DNA of 64,000 nucleotides from Podarcis pityusensis (Eukaryota). The stretch is from the NCBI GenBank assembly GCA_964106645.2, contig OZ067046.1; one strand, given 5' to 3'. A program made the translations under genes and the position numbers. This document shows, piece after piece, positions 11,401 through 56,279 of this stretch; within the stretch, counting starts at the first letter, position 1, and each line of letters begins with the position of its first letter. The notes below the pieces were generated by a model that had not been told where the DNA came from, searched no databases, and was given only the letters and a program-made list of their open reading frames with translations.

Positions 11401-13459
11401 AGGAAGTTCCCAGGAAAGACAATCCCCCTCCCCAGACCAAGTCTTCAAACTTTCAGCGCCTCTGGCAGTAGCTGTGGGGAAAGCCGTGAACATCAGCTTC
11501 CGGCTGGGCACTGGACCAACAGGGCTCTTCCTAGCCAAGATCTGTTGCTCCCACAACAGATGGGAAAGGGTGAAAAAGTAAACCGCGCTCTTGCGCCTTT
11601 AAACAGCTGGGTAGATAGAAGACTGAATTTCGGTACTGGTAGGCAGCTGCCAAAAAGGAAACTTCAGGCCAACCTGCTGAAACGCCCTTCTACAGTTAGC
11701 AAAGATGCAGGAACAGTGTCTTTATTTTTTACCTGCAGTTCCAGTTCATGGCAAAGATCAGCTGTCCTGGGCAATACATGAGCCTTTGAGCAGTAGCTTC
11801 TATTTATATATTGTTCTCTACTTTCCTGCTGGAGCCAGTGCTTTTCAGCAGAAACCCTCCTCCAAACACCTCATATTCCTTTTTCTAAAAACCCAGCAAC
11901 TTTGTCCATCGTCACTTGTTTTGCATAATTAATTTTGCTTCTCAGGGGGTGCAAAGTGCAATGGAGCACCACCCCTTGCTCAGCTCCTCTGCCTGCTTAA
12001 GTGGACAATATATTTTAAAAAACCTAACACAACCCTATATTTGCTTACAACGGAGCAAGTACCACCAAAATCAGTGAAATGTGTTTCCAAGTAGACCAGC
12101 ATATGATTATTATGCCTCTGGGCTGCCTTGGTTTTGCCTTCCTATAGGTTACACTGATCATTTTTTAACGACCCACTACGAAAGGTGTGCATGCGTGCTG
12201 CTTAAATAGTAATGACCAGATTACTGTGTGAGTTTTTATGTGTATATGATGCCCACTATATACCTACCTCCAAAATGTATGTCACTGCAAGATCACACAG
12301 TTGTAACTATAATGAAACATACTATCCTTGCTAAAAACAAAAGCCACAAATGAGTGATCTATGTTGTAGGATCTCAGCACTTAAGAGAGTTTTAGTTGAC
12401 CAACTATCACTGGAAGAGGAAAAAGAAAGGTGTAAATTATTAACCCAAGCCCATCTCCTCTTAGCAGAGCACTCTAGAAATAATGTGGCATCCTGAAAGA
12501 CAATAGGGCTAATTCTAGAGTAGTTTCCATGGAACATCATGACTACAGCAAGTATTTCCTGAAGGGTTGCTGGATAATAAAGTGGCTAAGTTAAGGGGAA
12601 GAAAAACAAGCACGTAGGATACTAAGGTTTCCAGATAGATAACACTGAATATTTGCAGACTAGGTGTGATGTTCAGCTCTTGGTTTGAATGTAATGTAGC
12701 AGAGTGTCTCAGTAGCAGACAGCAAAATTATTTTCTTGGAAATATTAGTCCATGAAAATATTGTAGTACATTTAACACAAAGTTATGACAAACTTCTTTT
12801 GTTCAGAGATGTATATATGCCAAAAGGGCAAGGCTCTGGATGAATGACAAGTCAATATTTCCTTTAACATTTTTTTCTTATCACAGAAAGAGTAATGATC
12901 TCTCTAAAGAGATGTACAACAGTGAAAACCATGAAGTGTCAACTGTCAAGTTTCTCATAATGCAAATTATTTTTATCATTTTCTACACTGTGCCTTAGAT
13001 TTCTTATCCCAAACTTCATAGCTTATAAAAGTTCTCATTTAAATTTGTAGTCTTCATAAAGATGTTGTATTTTGCAGAGATATTTACTATTAACTCTAGG
13101 AACGGAACCATTACTGCCAAGTTGCAAATTACTGTTCACAACAGCAGCCATTGTGGGTTAGCTTTATTGGAGAAGAGGGGCAGGAAGGGGAAATAGTGTC
13201 TCCAAGCACTGCTGCATTATGCATTGTGGGATTTCACCAACACTAACAAAAAGCTATTATAAGTAATTCATGTTACACTGATCTTGCACTACATCTCTTT
13301 TGACAGCAGTTTGCAAATTCTATAGCCACACAGCTCTTTTTCAAAACATTTTATTGCATTATATTTGGTACCTTATGTTTGACAAAGGAAATTACATCTG
13401 TAACTGCAGGAATAAGAAGCTTGTCTGTTATTGAAAAAAAATCTCGGGCCCGTTAAAAG

Positions 13460-13599
13460 NNNNNNNNNNNNNNNNNNNNNNNNNNNNNNNNNNNNNNNNN
13501 NNNNNNNNNNNNNNNNNNNNNNNNNNNNNNNNNNNNNNNNNNNNNNNNNNNNNNNNNNNNNNNNNNNNNNNNNNNNNNNNNNNNNNNNNNNNNNNNNNN
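13460..13599. other. Assembly gap (140 N), within the probable NAA15 3'UTR
   Basis: Run of n. Confidence 1.
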
Positions 13600-14551
13600 T
13601 GAACAAGGCCTGCTGAGGTTTTAAACAATTAGTCTCTCGATCAGTCACAAATTGGAAGTCAGGAGTTCCACTCTTTGAATTTTCAAGCCATAGTTATGTT
13701 CATTTATATTTTCACTGTACGTGAAAAATACATGCTGTCTTTTTAATGAGTTGGTGCCACATCACAGTGCATAATTTCATTTGGTTCTTGCATTACAGTT
13801 TTAACATGTACAGCCAAATGATGCTGTCATCATGCTCATCTCCTGAACAGCAGTGTTGATTTCTTTTCAAATTTTAATAAAAACAAAGTATGTTCTAACT
13901 GGTTCCTTCATTTAAAAACTGTGGTGCAAGAACACCAAACTGATCACGTGCAGTGAATTTCGGAGACACAACAAGCTAATTGAACACCTTATGTTTCGTT
14001 ATTTTGCTTCATATTTTAAATCCCAGTCTCTACAACAGCATTATATGTGTATTGCAGGTTTGTCTGCAAATAGTGATTCACATTGCATACTTCCAAAGGG
14101 TAGAATCATCTCTGTATCAAAATCAGTCAGATGTTAAAGCCCCAACAACTCTTTGTGCTCAGTGAAAAGGATCCAGTGCTAAAACAGCGTTTTTGCTGTC
14201 TGAGATAGTCATCTCAACAAGACAAATTTAAAGTAATATTTCTGCCACACACCTGCTCCAATGGGTGTTAAGCCTTCAGATTCCATATAAATTAGTTTAA
14301 AATGGGGTATGTAGATAAAGGATACTTTTCAATTTTAGCAGTGCTTAGTTTTTCTTTTAACTGAGCCACCTATATCCAGTAATACGTTACTTTATATTAT
14401 ATACTCGTCAGCAGGATAAAAAAAGTAAAACTTTGAAGGCAACCATTTTTACTCCTTCCATTCTGTGTAGGTTAGAACAATTCAGCAGGTGCGTGACAAA
14501 AATATTATACACCAGATACGGTCCAAAATCATTCCACTCCTTTAAAAAAGT

Positions 14552-45569
<31,018 letters not shown>

Positions 45570-46736
45570 CGTCTCCGCCGCTGCTGCCGCCACCACCGCC
45601 GCCGCCCTTCTTGCTGCTACCGGGCCGGTGAACCAGCTCCCTCCTCCTGCCGAGGCTTGAGCGCTGCCGCTGCTTCCGCCGCCACCTCCCGGGAGGGACT
45701 GCCCGCCAGGCCGCCGCGGCTACCAGAAGCAGCAGCACCGCCGTCGCCTGTTGCTGCTGCTCCTCCTCCTCCTGGCGCTTCCTTCCCAAGCGGCCTCCGC
45801 AGCCGCCGTGCCCGCGCCCACTTTACCCCTGGCCCCGCAGCGAGCCCGAGGCGGCGGGCGGTTCACGTGGTTAACTGAACAGGCCGGAGAGAGGAGGCGC
45901 CGCCAAAATGGCCGCCGCCGAGGGCTTCCCCAGCCGGGTCACCGAGCCCCGCGCGCATGCGCCACGACCCCGGCCGCCGCCACCACCTCCTCCTCCTCCT
46001 CTGCCTCACGTCTTCGCCCTCTTTTCTCTATGTAGGCTTAATAGCCCCTACAAGGTAAGTTGGGAAATGAGAACACCCTCCCGCTGGGAACTGTTGGAGG
46101 AGTGCGCCTGCGCGGGCTGGGGGGCGGGGGGCGGGCGCGTGAGCGGGATGCTTACTAAGCTTGCCAGTCGCGTGCAGCTCAGCAGGTAGGTGAGCGCAGG
46201 AGCGCAGCAGCCCGGGCTGGTGTCCTGCAGCCACTTACCGTAGCTGAGAACTCGGCGGGACTTACTGTCAGTGTACGTCCCCCATGAGCTTCTCCATAGA
46301 CATGGGTAGTGCTGTGAATTGTTCAGGAGGGGCGAAGGGAATGGTCTCTAGAGTGGCGCGAGGCAGATTTCTGGGCACCACTACAGAAATCCGAATACCT
46401 GCTGGCATAGTATTAGTCCAAAAATCCACAGTGGCAGTAATTGTATAGTCATTTAAACTTTTATCATTTGTTTTACTTTGGTGGTTACATGGTGGTGGTT
46501 GTAACCCAAGGGGGTTTCTTTATAAACAAAAATACTCTACATTTATTCTTATAAACAAGTATACTGTTCATTTATTTTGTTTGTGTTGGCTTTAAGTACG
46601 TTTGGAAGTGGTTTGGAAATATTGTATCCAAAAAGCTGTGCCTTGTAACTTGGCTTTGTGTATCAGCCCATTAAAACCAAAATAGTCACAAGCGTTGTAA
46701 TGTTGTTGACATCATCGCACTATGATTGAGATTCCT

Positions 46737-46803
46737 GAGTTGGACTAGATGACCCTTGGGATCCCTTCCATTTCTACAACTCTATGGTTCTATGATTCTA
46801 TGA
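46737..46803 (+). mobile_element. CR1-type 3' tail
   Basis: TTGGACTAGATGACCCTTGGGATCCCTTCCA...(TTCTATGA)n. Confidence 0.75.
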
Positions 46804-48599
46804 AATAAATATCATTCATGATCTATACTCTGTATATTTGTTTCTGCACTAAGTGCCAATTTTCATGTTCATCCAGGATATGCTACACAAATGAAAACCA
46901 CAATGGCAAGCTTAATGTTAGGATTAAATTATGCTTAACACAAGGAGAACAAAGTCCCATAGAGCCCACTGCCCTGTTTCCACCAGTAGCCAGCCCAGAT
47001 GCTTCTGGGAAGTCCTGAAAACGTATGGTACATCAAAAGCAAACACAAGGACCTGTACTTCTACTGTAAACAGTTCTAGAATATTATTTAAAACATAATC
47101 AAGGATGGGGAATAAGTGGCCCTTCAGATGCTACCGGACTCCAACTCTGCCCACTAGTATGTTCAGTGGTCAGAGGTAATGGGTATTGTAGTTCAGCAAC
47201 ATCTGGAGGTCCTCAGATTCCTCCTCCTGTTATATTTTCTGAAAATATAGTAATGAGTTCTGCATCCTGGAGAAAAGTTGCCCCAAGTAGCTACATAAAT
47301 ACAAGGAAGGTCCATAGTTGTATACCTTTAGAGGTATAAAGATTTTGTGTAGCTGTCAATGTTAAAAGCCGTTTGATGTTTAATCCCCTTTTGAAGCCAT
47401 CTTCACATCCTGTGGCAGTGAATTCCATAACTTAATTATGTGTTGCTGTACACTTCTTTTCTTTCTCACCTCTGTCTGCTTACTTCCTCTTTTGTCATCC
47501 CTGCAAGAGCCAAGTTCTGCTTCCACACCTACACACACTTCTTGATGGACCTCTTGCAATGTTAAACTCAACACACTGGAAGAACCAGTTTGTGATACTG
47601 CCTTCCTGCAACAATGGCAATGCCTCATTAGCCTTTGGCACATTATTGCAATTATTAAGAAACAGTAAATTGGTCTGAGGATGACAGACAATTTTCAGAT
47701 TGTAAGGAACCGCCTTTTCATAGACATGAAACTTTGCATGTAATGCTGACAAATGGCTTTTCTGTCTTTGCTGTTTAATTAGAAATTAAGTGTGGCCAAT
47801 GTTATTCAATGTAAGTCCTATTGTGGGGCTTTTTCCAAAGATAAATGTGCATATAATTGCATGTAGCCTTGCAGCGCAACCCTGTGCATGTTCAGTCAGA
47901 GTTCCCACTGAGTTCAATGTGGGCTTATTGTCAGGCAAGTGTGCATAATACAGCATAAATAGCAATAGCACTCCAGGCAGTTGGACTGTCTCAGACTGCA
48001 ATCCTGTACATGCTTACCTGATAGTAAGTCCCATTGAACTCAATGGAACATAACACTTCTAAGTAGACCTGTATGGATTACACTCTTAAGGTATGAAGCA
48101 CAACAGTAAGATCTAAGACAGTAATACTGAAAGTGGGCTGTTGAGTACCCTCATGTCAGTTGCAGTACTTTCCAAAACTTCTGACAGAAACATTCATCTT
48201 TAGCGGGTTTCACTGGAAGTATTGTATATTTGAGATATGGACTACTTGTTTGCATAGTCTACAGCACTTGTTCTGAAACAATCACCTATTAAAGTTCATA
48301 ACCTATTATACAATTTTGCTTCTGTCGAAATTCTCACAAGTGGCCGATTGGCACAGCCTTCCTGCTGTTAATTACAATATGTATCCTACATAAGGAATGC
48401 TATGATAAAGGCAGAATAATATCTACTTTTATTTATGAAAATTCTAACGTTAGCATGCTGCTTCCGCAGTGTGTGTTCTAAAGTCACGGAAACACAAAAC
48501 CACGAAGTTTTTTATGTTCTACTATCTCCTCACAACTCTCATGACTGATTGATGTAAAGGCAGTTTCGTAGCTGCTGAGCCAGCGTCTGGCTTAATACT

Positions 48600-49200
48600 G
48601 TATGTTTATAGGGGAGAGCGTTCCGAAGCAGCCACTACCTACGGCCATGTGACCAGGAGGGGGCGCCCTCCCTGCCTGAGTTCTCTCCTTCCGGATCAGT
48701 TAAGAAGCCCCGCCCCTAGCGCTGTTTGATTGGCGTGTTCGCACTGTTGCTCAGGGAACCTGCGTGGAGGAGGAGGAAGCAAAACAACATGGCGGCGCCC
48801 TTGCAGGTTGCGCGGAGGTTTTTGCGGTTATCTGGGAACCCGATCCGAGGTGAGTCACCGGGGCCCCAGTGGACCTCCCTCTCTTTTCCTAACCTGGGCA
48901 GGACAGAGGAATGAGCTATTTCCCCATCTGCCCTTCCTCAATACCACCCTCGTTGAACGACCGTGGGAGCGCTTCATCCGAGTCTCCTACGTGTAACCTT
49001 CAGGGTCTGCTGGTTTTTCCTGCCCCATCTGTTTCCCACTCTCCGTTCTTTGCTGTGAGTTTGGATGGCCTGGGCCTTTCGTGCCCAAACTGCTAGTGGC
49101 GCCCCATAGCAGCGGGCTAGAGCATCGCCTTGCAGCATCGGCGATATCGCTGTGCGGGAAGGAGAAGGGTTGCTGTGGATGAGCTGAATGGACATCAGTT
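48600..49200 (+). promoter_or_regulatory. Small CpG island / proximal NDUFC1 promoter
   Basis: ETS TTCCGG at about 48689, GC box CCCCGCCC at about 48707, inverted CCAAT (GATTGG) 48728-48733, YY1-like AACATGGCGG overlapping the ATG. Confidence 0.75.
48789..48849 (+). CDS. NDUFC1: NDUFC1 first coding exon
   Basis: aacATGGCG...CGA G|gtgagt. Confidence 0.9.
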
Positions 49201-52061
49201 ACCATTTTCCTTCCCTAAACTTTCACACCCTGCCCAATTTTCAGTTTCTTACAAGTTCCTTGTAAGAAGCTTGTACAGTATGTTATTTCTTTAGTAGCTG
49301 GTTCAATGCACGCGTTGTTTCATTTTACTCATTTTTTTTCCCGACTCCCGAGAGTCTCCTTCGAAGAGTAGGGCTGAGAAAGATGTATGCCAGAGATCCT
49401 AGAGCAGTGGTTCCCAACCTTTTTTTTTTTTTTTTTGCCATGCCCCATCTAAGCATCTCTAAAATCCTGATTTCCCCTCCCCCATATAATTCTTATTCAA
49501 CAAGTGAATTCCTATTCATGTGGAGGAAGCCTAAAAGGCCATTAACTGTTTATAACTCATTCTCAAATCCCCCCTCCCCTTAAAAATCAAATTGCCTCCC
49601 TGTGGGGCATGTGCCCCACGTTGGGAACCGTGGTCCAAGAGAGTCGGCATAGGGCAGAATGGGTAGAAGGTAGATTGGGATCTACTGGTAATTGTCTGGG
49701 TGACCTGCAGTATTTGACAAGGCTTTCTACCTGTCAACTGTCTTAAAAATAGTAATAGCAAAACACTTTTTGCATCTAAACTAGACTGCTAAAATTAAGG
49801 CGGCTAACCAGGAGCAGAATTCTGTGTGAAAGGACTCTTAGCTCAGTTTAGTCTCTTACTGAAAACAAATTCCTAACCTCGGAATGTGCTCAAGTGGCAC
49901 CCTTTTGTAACTCTATAGATACATCATTTGTTTCTGGCTGTATTTGGTATGTATTTGGGTTCCAGTAAACAAAGAAAGTGTATCTGACCTGTCTGAAATC
50001 TGGTGATCCTTGAAGTAACTAATGATACAGCAGTAGCAGAGGCTGTTGGGAGTGTAGTCCAAAACAGCTGGAGAGCACCAGGTTGGAGAAGGCTGGGCTA
50101 GATGGTCTGATGCTAAAAAGCAGTTCTTGTGTGTTGCATTTGCATGTGCTATTTCTTTGTATCAAAATGAACTCAGTTCTTTACCTCTCCTCTCTTATAA
50201 TTAGACAGCCATTTAAAAATACAATAAACTATCTTAGTCACATCTTCCCTGCACCTGCTCCCAAGTACCATGGACCGTTTTTACTCTGATCTTCCCTAAT
50301 CCTCTCCATGGATGTTTCTTCTTCCTTGCCATGTTTACTTTTCCTCTAGATTATGATTTGTGTGGAGATAAGAAGTGACTGGAACAAAGCATGTATTGGT
50401 GCTTTGTCTATAAAAGAACTTAAAGCTTAGAAAAAAATCTTTTCAGGGTTTGGGTGAATTAAGTGGGAACAAAGTAGCATAATACTGAAACTGTCAGAAT
50501 AGCAGTAGATTGTTTTTGAAAACATAGCCTAGATTAGAACAAAAAATAATTTTTGCAAGCAAGCCATAACGGAGTCAAAAAGAACAGTGACTTGTTCTAT
50601 ATTGACTGAAGCAGAGACATTAGGGAACAACTAGAGTTGTCTCCTGAAATACTGAATATTAAAATATCAGCGCTTAATACTGTCTCTTTCGTTGCCCTGA
50701 TATTGCTAAAAGAACTCTTTCCTATTACCTCTTCCATCCCCATTAGACAAAATCCATTCTAAAAACCCTGTTATGTATTCTTTCCTTTAACGCAAAATGT
50801 TACCACATTGCTGTGTGATTCTTTACAAATATTAATTCATACAGTAACTGCTATGTCAATTCATCATACGGAATAAACATTTCCAATTTGTACAGTTTCT
50901 GCCATTGTTCTTATAAGTCAAGGTGATCAGTGACTGACTGAAGAATTATTCCAACAGAATGCAGTGAAACCCCTTTTCATAAGTAAACTGCTCGCTCTCT
51001 CCTCTAAAATTTTGTCTCAGAACTAACATGTTTCTAAACTCCTTTATTTCAGAACCATCTCGTTCTGCATTCAGGGCACAGCCTGATGATATAAGCAGAC
51101 CGAACTGGGTTAAAGTTGGCCTGACTTTTGGTGCCTCCGTAGCAATATGGGTGCTGGTAAGAATTACACTGTGGATGTGATTAGCAGTGTTTTCAAAGTA
51201 ACTGTTCCTTAGTCAGTTACTTTTGTCAATAAAGGAAATGTGATAATATGTTATGCTTAGTTTGGGTCCACTAATTACTAGTCATTTGAAAAATTACAGT
51301 TCCACATTCAAGGCACATTGGCTTGGTTTGCACATATACCAAGTCATTGTTTGTTTAACAAATCACAAGTTAACCACAAGTTGTTCCATGAATGATCAGT
51401 CAAACCATTACTTTTTTCTTCTAAAGTTTGGTTTGTTTTCCCGCTATTCTTGTTTGGTGAGCGGCCAGGCAAACCATAGTGCTGAAATCTCAAGCCATAA
51501 TTAAAACAAGATGAGTGTTATAAACCAATAAATCATGTCTTCAGATCTTGTTTTCTTGGCAAACTATAGTTAAACCTGGGCAAGGTTTGCACAGTAATCA
51601 TAAGCCATAGTTTAATAAAGTGTGGTTTAGCTTTATGATGTGCAAATTAGACCACTGAAAGTGTTTATATGAGTGGAAATGCATTATTTAGCAGCATTTT
51701 AAAGTATAAGAATGAGTAAACTGTTCTTGCTACAGCTTTACAAATTGGGAACTAAAATTTACACCCACTCTGTTCCCACTCAGCCTCCAGAAGGTTCCCC
51801 ACAAAGGAATGTATTCTTCCAGCTGAAAAAGGTTGCCTACCCCTGCAATAATAAATATTTAATTTTGAATGTATAATTAATCAAATGGTTTCAGATCAGC
51901 CCTTAACACTGATCACTTAATGCCTGTCCACACTAAAATAATCATTTTGACTCTGCGTGTCTCATGCTCTTAAACCATGTGTATTTATTTTTTAGCTCCT
52001 AAAGCAGCATAATGAACATCAAGCAGAATATGAAAGGCGAAAAGCAGAGAGAGGTTCATAA
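48789..52061 (+). CDS. NDUFC1: NADH:ubiquinone oxidoreductase subunit C1 (3 coding exons: 48789-48849, 51053-51156, 51996-52061; 76 aa)
   Basis: MAAPLQVARRFLRLSGNPIR-EPSRSAFRAQPDDISRPNWVKVGLTFGASVAIWVL-LLKQHNEHQAEYERRKAERGS*; Arg-rich transit peptide, PNW.KVGLT.G and KQHNE...EY.RR motifs; synteny with NAA15 and MGARP. Confidence 0.94.
49405..49633. mobile_element. hAT-type MITE
   Basis: CAGTGGTTCCCAAC ... GTTGGGAACCGTG termini; TSD-like TCCTAGAG / TCCAAGAG. Confidence 0.6.
51053..51156 (+). CDS. NDUFC1: NDUFC1 second coding exon
   Basis: ctttatttcag|AA CCA...GTG CTG|gtaaga. Confidence 0.93.
51996..52061 (+). CDS. NDUFC1: NDUFC1 third coding exon
   Basis: ttattttttag|CTC CTA AAG CAG...TCA TAA. 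Confidence 0.93.
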   Translation, partial: LLKQHNEHQAEYERRKAERGS

Positions 52062-53665
52062 TGGAGGTGCTAAAATTATGGTGAGATCTGAATAAAGCTA
52101 TAAACCTCACTTTTTTCTGGAAATTGTTGCTCTTCTTTACATAATAATCCAACTTGTAAGATTGTTGCCTGTAATGAACAGCAGAGATCACAAATGTTGC
52201 AGTTTTGTCATTAATACTCTATTGCTGTTTTCTTCAGTTTTTTAATGTCCTAGTTGACTCGTTTCTTTAAAAGTATTACATTTCTGCTATATTTCAAAAT
52301 AAGTGCCTTGGTCTGCTTATTGTGTTGCTGTTTTTAAGTTAAGTGATCTGTCCAAGTTACTTCTTATGGTGCCAACTAATGGCTGACTTCCCCATCTGCC
52401 CTGCACTCTTCAGTTCCACATCCATTGTCCTTACAGTAAAATATAATGACTGCATTCCAACATAATGGTAAACCATGCTAATGGTTTATAATTATGAAAA
52501 TGAGCCTAGGGAAGCCTCAGGCTCCTCTACTCTTCCTTTCACCCTTCTTTGTCATGTGAGATGGAGGAGTTTGGAAGCTTTCACTTCTGATTTTGGTTAA
52601 TCACAGCTTAGCGATATGTCTAAACCATGGCAAATTGTAGTTAGTTGAAGCAGACCAGTTTTAAACCACGGGGTATGAACCTGGCTTGATTCAATTAACC
52701 AGAGTTAAGATTAACCATGTTTCAGGATTTTCTAACCTATGATTAGTCAAAATTATAAGTCGAAGCTAGATTTTGCCAACTGTGCCTGTGGGAGAACACA
52801 TGAGCCTGAGGCTCACCTGCACTCATTCTTAGAATAAAAAGTAATTGTGTATCATTATATCCAAATGTAGGCTACAGTATATTCTCAATTGTTGCTCAGA
52901 GCTCCTGTTCCCCATTATTTTAAATAACAGGACAGTAGAAGACAGAAAGTGAGTCTCTTCTTCATTGTATTATTAGCAGCCATGCAGCTGCTAATTATAG
53001 ATGTGTAAATATGTATTCTTGGCCTTGTCTTCTGTCATCTCCCACTAAAGAGCAGAAAGCAGGACAGCTATGATGATTGCTGCACCTTTGGGAGATGCAA
53101 ATGATTGATTTTGTGATATGGTTTGCATTCTGCAAATTCTCAAACACACTGCTATTTTCATTAAAGATTGCCTACTGGACATTCACATAGCACTGTCCCT
53201 GTGCTGTACTCTGCTGACAGCATGGAATGGATGGAGGCATAGCATGCTGCTCAGTTCAGCATTACACTGTTTCTATAGCAAACTCATTAATCCTGGTATT
53301 TTGTCCATTGTTTCCCTATTAGTATGTTCCTGGCTTTTAAACTGGAGTAATCACATTCTACTTTAGCAGCTTGTGATTATTTAACAGACTAAATATTGAT
53401 TAAAATACTGTTTATCTGATTAACTATCATCAGTCACTTAGTCACATTAGGCACTTAGTTATTAGTTTTCTGTGACAAAAGAGACAGACCAAGAGTACAA
53501 AGAGTACTCAGGCAGGGTTAGGCAATCACTTTCCCCATTGTTAATTTTGCATCAAAATCCGTAAGACTGTCATGTTTCCTGACTTTGAAAATACCCTGTG
53601 GGCCATGTAAAGACTGCACTTGTACAGTCTTATAGTATGACTTAATTACCTCCTCTCTTTTCTAG

Positions 53666-53870
53666 GTTGAAGATGGTCTCCATAGAAACTGTTACAGCCA
53701 ATGCATAGTCTACAAGGATATTTTTGTGTTAGTAGATAACCCATTGGTTGTTGGATTAACTCCAAACTAAATCTAATTTTCTTGAAATAAAGCAAAGAAA
53801 GCATGGAAGGTGGTTGAAATCTCTATGCTTCACATGGTTGCTTCTAAAGTCTATGAATAAAATATATTCC
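53666..53870 (+). other. NDUFC1: Probable non-coding terminal (3'UTR) exon of NDUFC1
   Basis: Strong acceptor cctcctctcttttctag|G at 53666; AATAAA at 53786-53791 and 53856-53861; matching donor ATG|gtgaga at 52081. Confidence 0.6.
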
Positions 53871-55646
53871 ATCAGAAAAAAAGTTTCTGACCCTATTTTG
53901 TATAGAAAAATAACGTATGACAGTGCAATCTTGTATGTTGAACTCAGTAGGACTTTGTCTCACAGGTGTGTAGGATTGCAACATGATTTACTGACTTCAC
54001 TTGTGCATATTAGCATTTGCATTTCTTCTCAGCATTTTTTGTTCATTAACACCAACCCTAATTATATTTACTATCAAAACTTTGAGGCTACTGCCACTGT
54101 AGCTATGGCTTAATTGCAGATCATATGAGAAGATGCTGCTGTGTTTACATTGTTTACTTGGAGTAACAGTGCAGTAATAAAGAGCATAAGGAGAATATAT
54201 GGGATATATTGGAATTTGGTTCAACTCTTCAGCTTTGCATTATTTAACAGTTTCCGTGTTCATTTCATGTCAACCGCAGTGGGACTCCTCTGTTCCTCTT
54301 TAAAAAATGTATAAGAATCTTATGAGGGTATTCCTAAATATTTCCTCAACATGTAATACTTTCACAGCAAGTGGATGATTCATTTCCCTTATGGATCATC
54401 CACACTACTCTTTCATATTCTCAAGAGTTGTTTCTAGAATTAGAGTGGATTCTTGAATTAAGTTATATTTCAAGGTTGATTCACCTACAGCACATTTCTG
54501 CGCCTCTTCTTTTCAAGCTGAAGATAATTGGCTGTGTCACACTACTATATTTTCAAAGACTGCAAGGCAAACTGGCATTGTAATTTAAAATAAATTGGCT
54601 AGATTTCACTTGTGTATTTCCAAATTTATTTAACAGCCCTTCCTAATGTGATGCTTCCTTTTCTTTATTTGTCCTTTGTTAGGTTATTTTTAAAAATATT
54701 TTGCTTCCCATTGATCCCAAGGGGAGAGAAAATAAGTATTCCAGCTCTAGGGTAGGAATACTTTCCCACTCCCTCTGTTCTGAAGGCATGTCAATTCTAG
54801 CAGACGGGGATCCACAGCATTCTGTGTCCACCAGAACCTCCCCAGAGACCATAAGATTGCAGCCCTAGTCACATTATTCAGTTGTAACTTCATTTATATT
54901 CATTAATCTGCAGCATTGTGTGTGGCTTCTTGTACATGTCATGCCATCCTGTAGAAGCTATGCAAAACAATCTTATGCATGTTTATGCAAAATTAAATCT
55001 TCAGTTAATTGAGGCCCAGATTACCATACATAGGATGGCAACTTAATGCAAACACTCAATACTTTAAAGAATATATTTTGATTCATTTGAAGGTTTCCTA
55101 GAAGGTTTATAGGCACATGTTATTTTACAGGCATTTAGCAGATTTTTTTGCAATGTTTTTTGTTCTCTTCCCATTTCCTACTTCTTGTAGTATGACTGTT
55201 CAAATTCTATATTTTTGAGTGTGAAAAAATCATAAATAAGAGATGCTTTCATATTATTAAAGTAAGAGAATTATTATAAATAATAATAAATAAATAAATA
55301 ATTTATTTATACTCCACATTTTTCCCCTGATGGGACTTGAGGCCACTTAGATAAAAATAAGAACCACTGAAAACATAGATAAAACAACTAGCCTCTGAAG
55401 AAGTGGAGGGAACGAAAGCTAACTAAATGAAAAATGTCATTATGTGAAATGTGTTTCTTTTATAGCTCATCTGGAAACTGGATAAATGGTTGTGGGTTCT
55501 ACACTCACCATTCTACTGACTGGCAACAACAGAACACATTCAAGCCTAATTTCAGTGGGGGAAGGGGTCCAGGAAAGCTGCTGCAGGCAGACACGTGTAC
55601 CTGGGAAAGTTGGCTTGGAATTTAAGGCCATGCACATAAGTGACAT

Positions 55647-55741
55647 TTCATAGTATCATCTAATCCAACCCACTGCAATGCAGGGATATTTTGCCCAACC
55701 CCAGGGCTTGAATCCATGACCCTGAGACAAAGAATCTCATT
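55647..55741 (-). mobile_element. Degenerate tRNA-Lys/CR1-tail SINE
   Basis: Reverse complement of the 30088 element (TCCAACCC.CTGCAATGCAGG...CCATGACCCTGAGA..AAGA.TCTCAT). Confidence 0.65.
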
Positions 55742-56279
55742 TACTATGAAATTCTGTTATAAGCCATTGGCATTTTAAAACAGAACAGAGGTACTCTGGT
55801 CACACAGAGAACTTTGCAGCAAGGTTGCAAGCTTCCCCCTATTTTTAGTGACAAGAAAAGTGCTATATTAGCCTGGCCCACCCTTGTAATGCCAAGATGG
55901 GGGAGCAGCTCAAATTGCTCATTCGGGGTGATGAAAACATGGTGCTCGGAGACACTACTGTTTATTAATCCTTTACGTTACAACACTCAGCTTTGCAAAT
56001 GGGTTAGAGCTCGGTCCTACCTCAAATTAACCTATATTACCATGATCCTAGCTAAACAGCACTGGCCTGTCTTGCCAGTTTATTGAGGTACCAATATTGG
56101 TGTGTGAGCGCCTGCAGCTACTTCCTTGTAATAAGGGGAAGAAATTCTGGGGCTGCACCTTTGTTCAGGCAGGAAGAGCCCCCTTTTCCAGCCAGTTTGG
56201 GGGTGGGCGTGGGAAACCGCACTTACCCATCCGTCTTAAATGCCCCCCAGGTTACATACAAAACACAGCTAAGCTCCAA

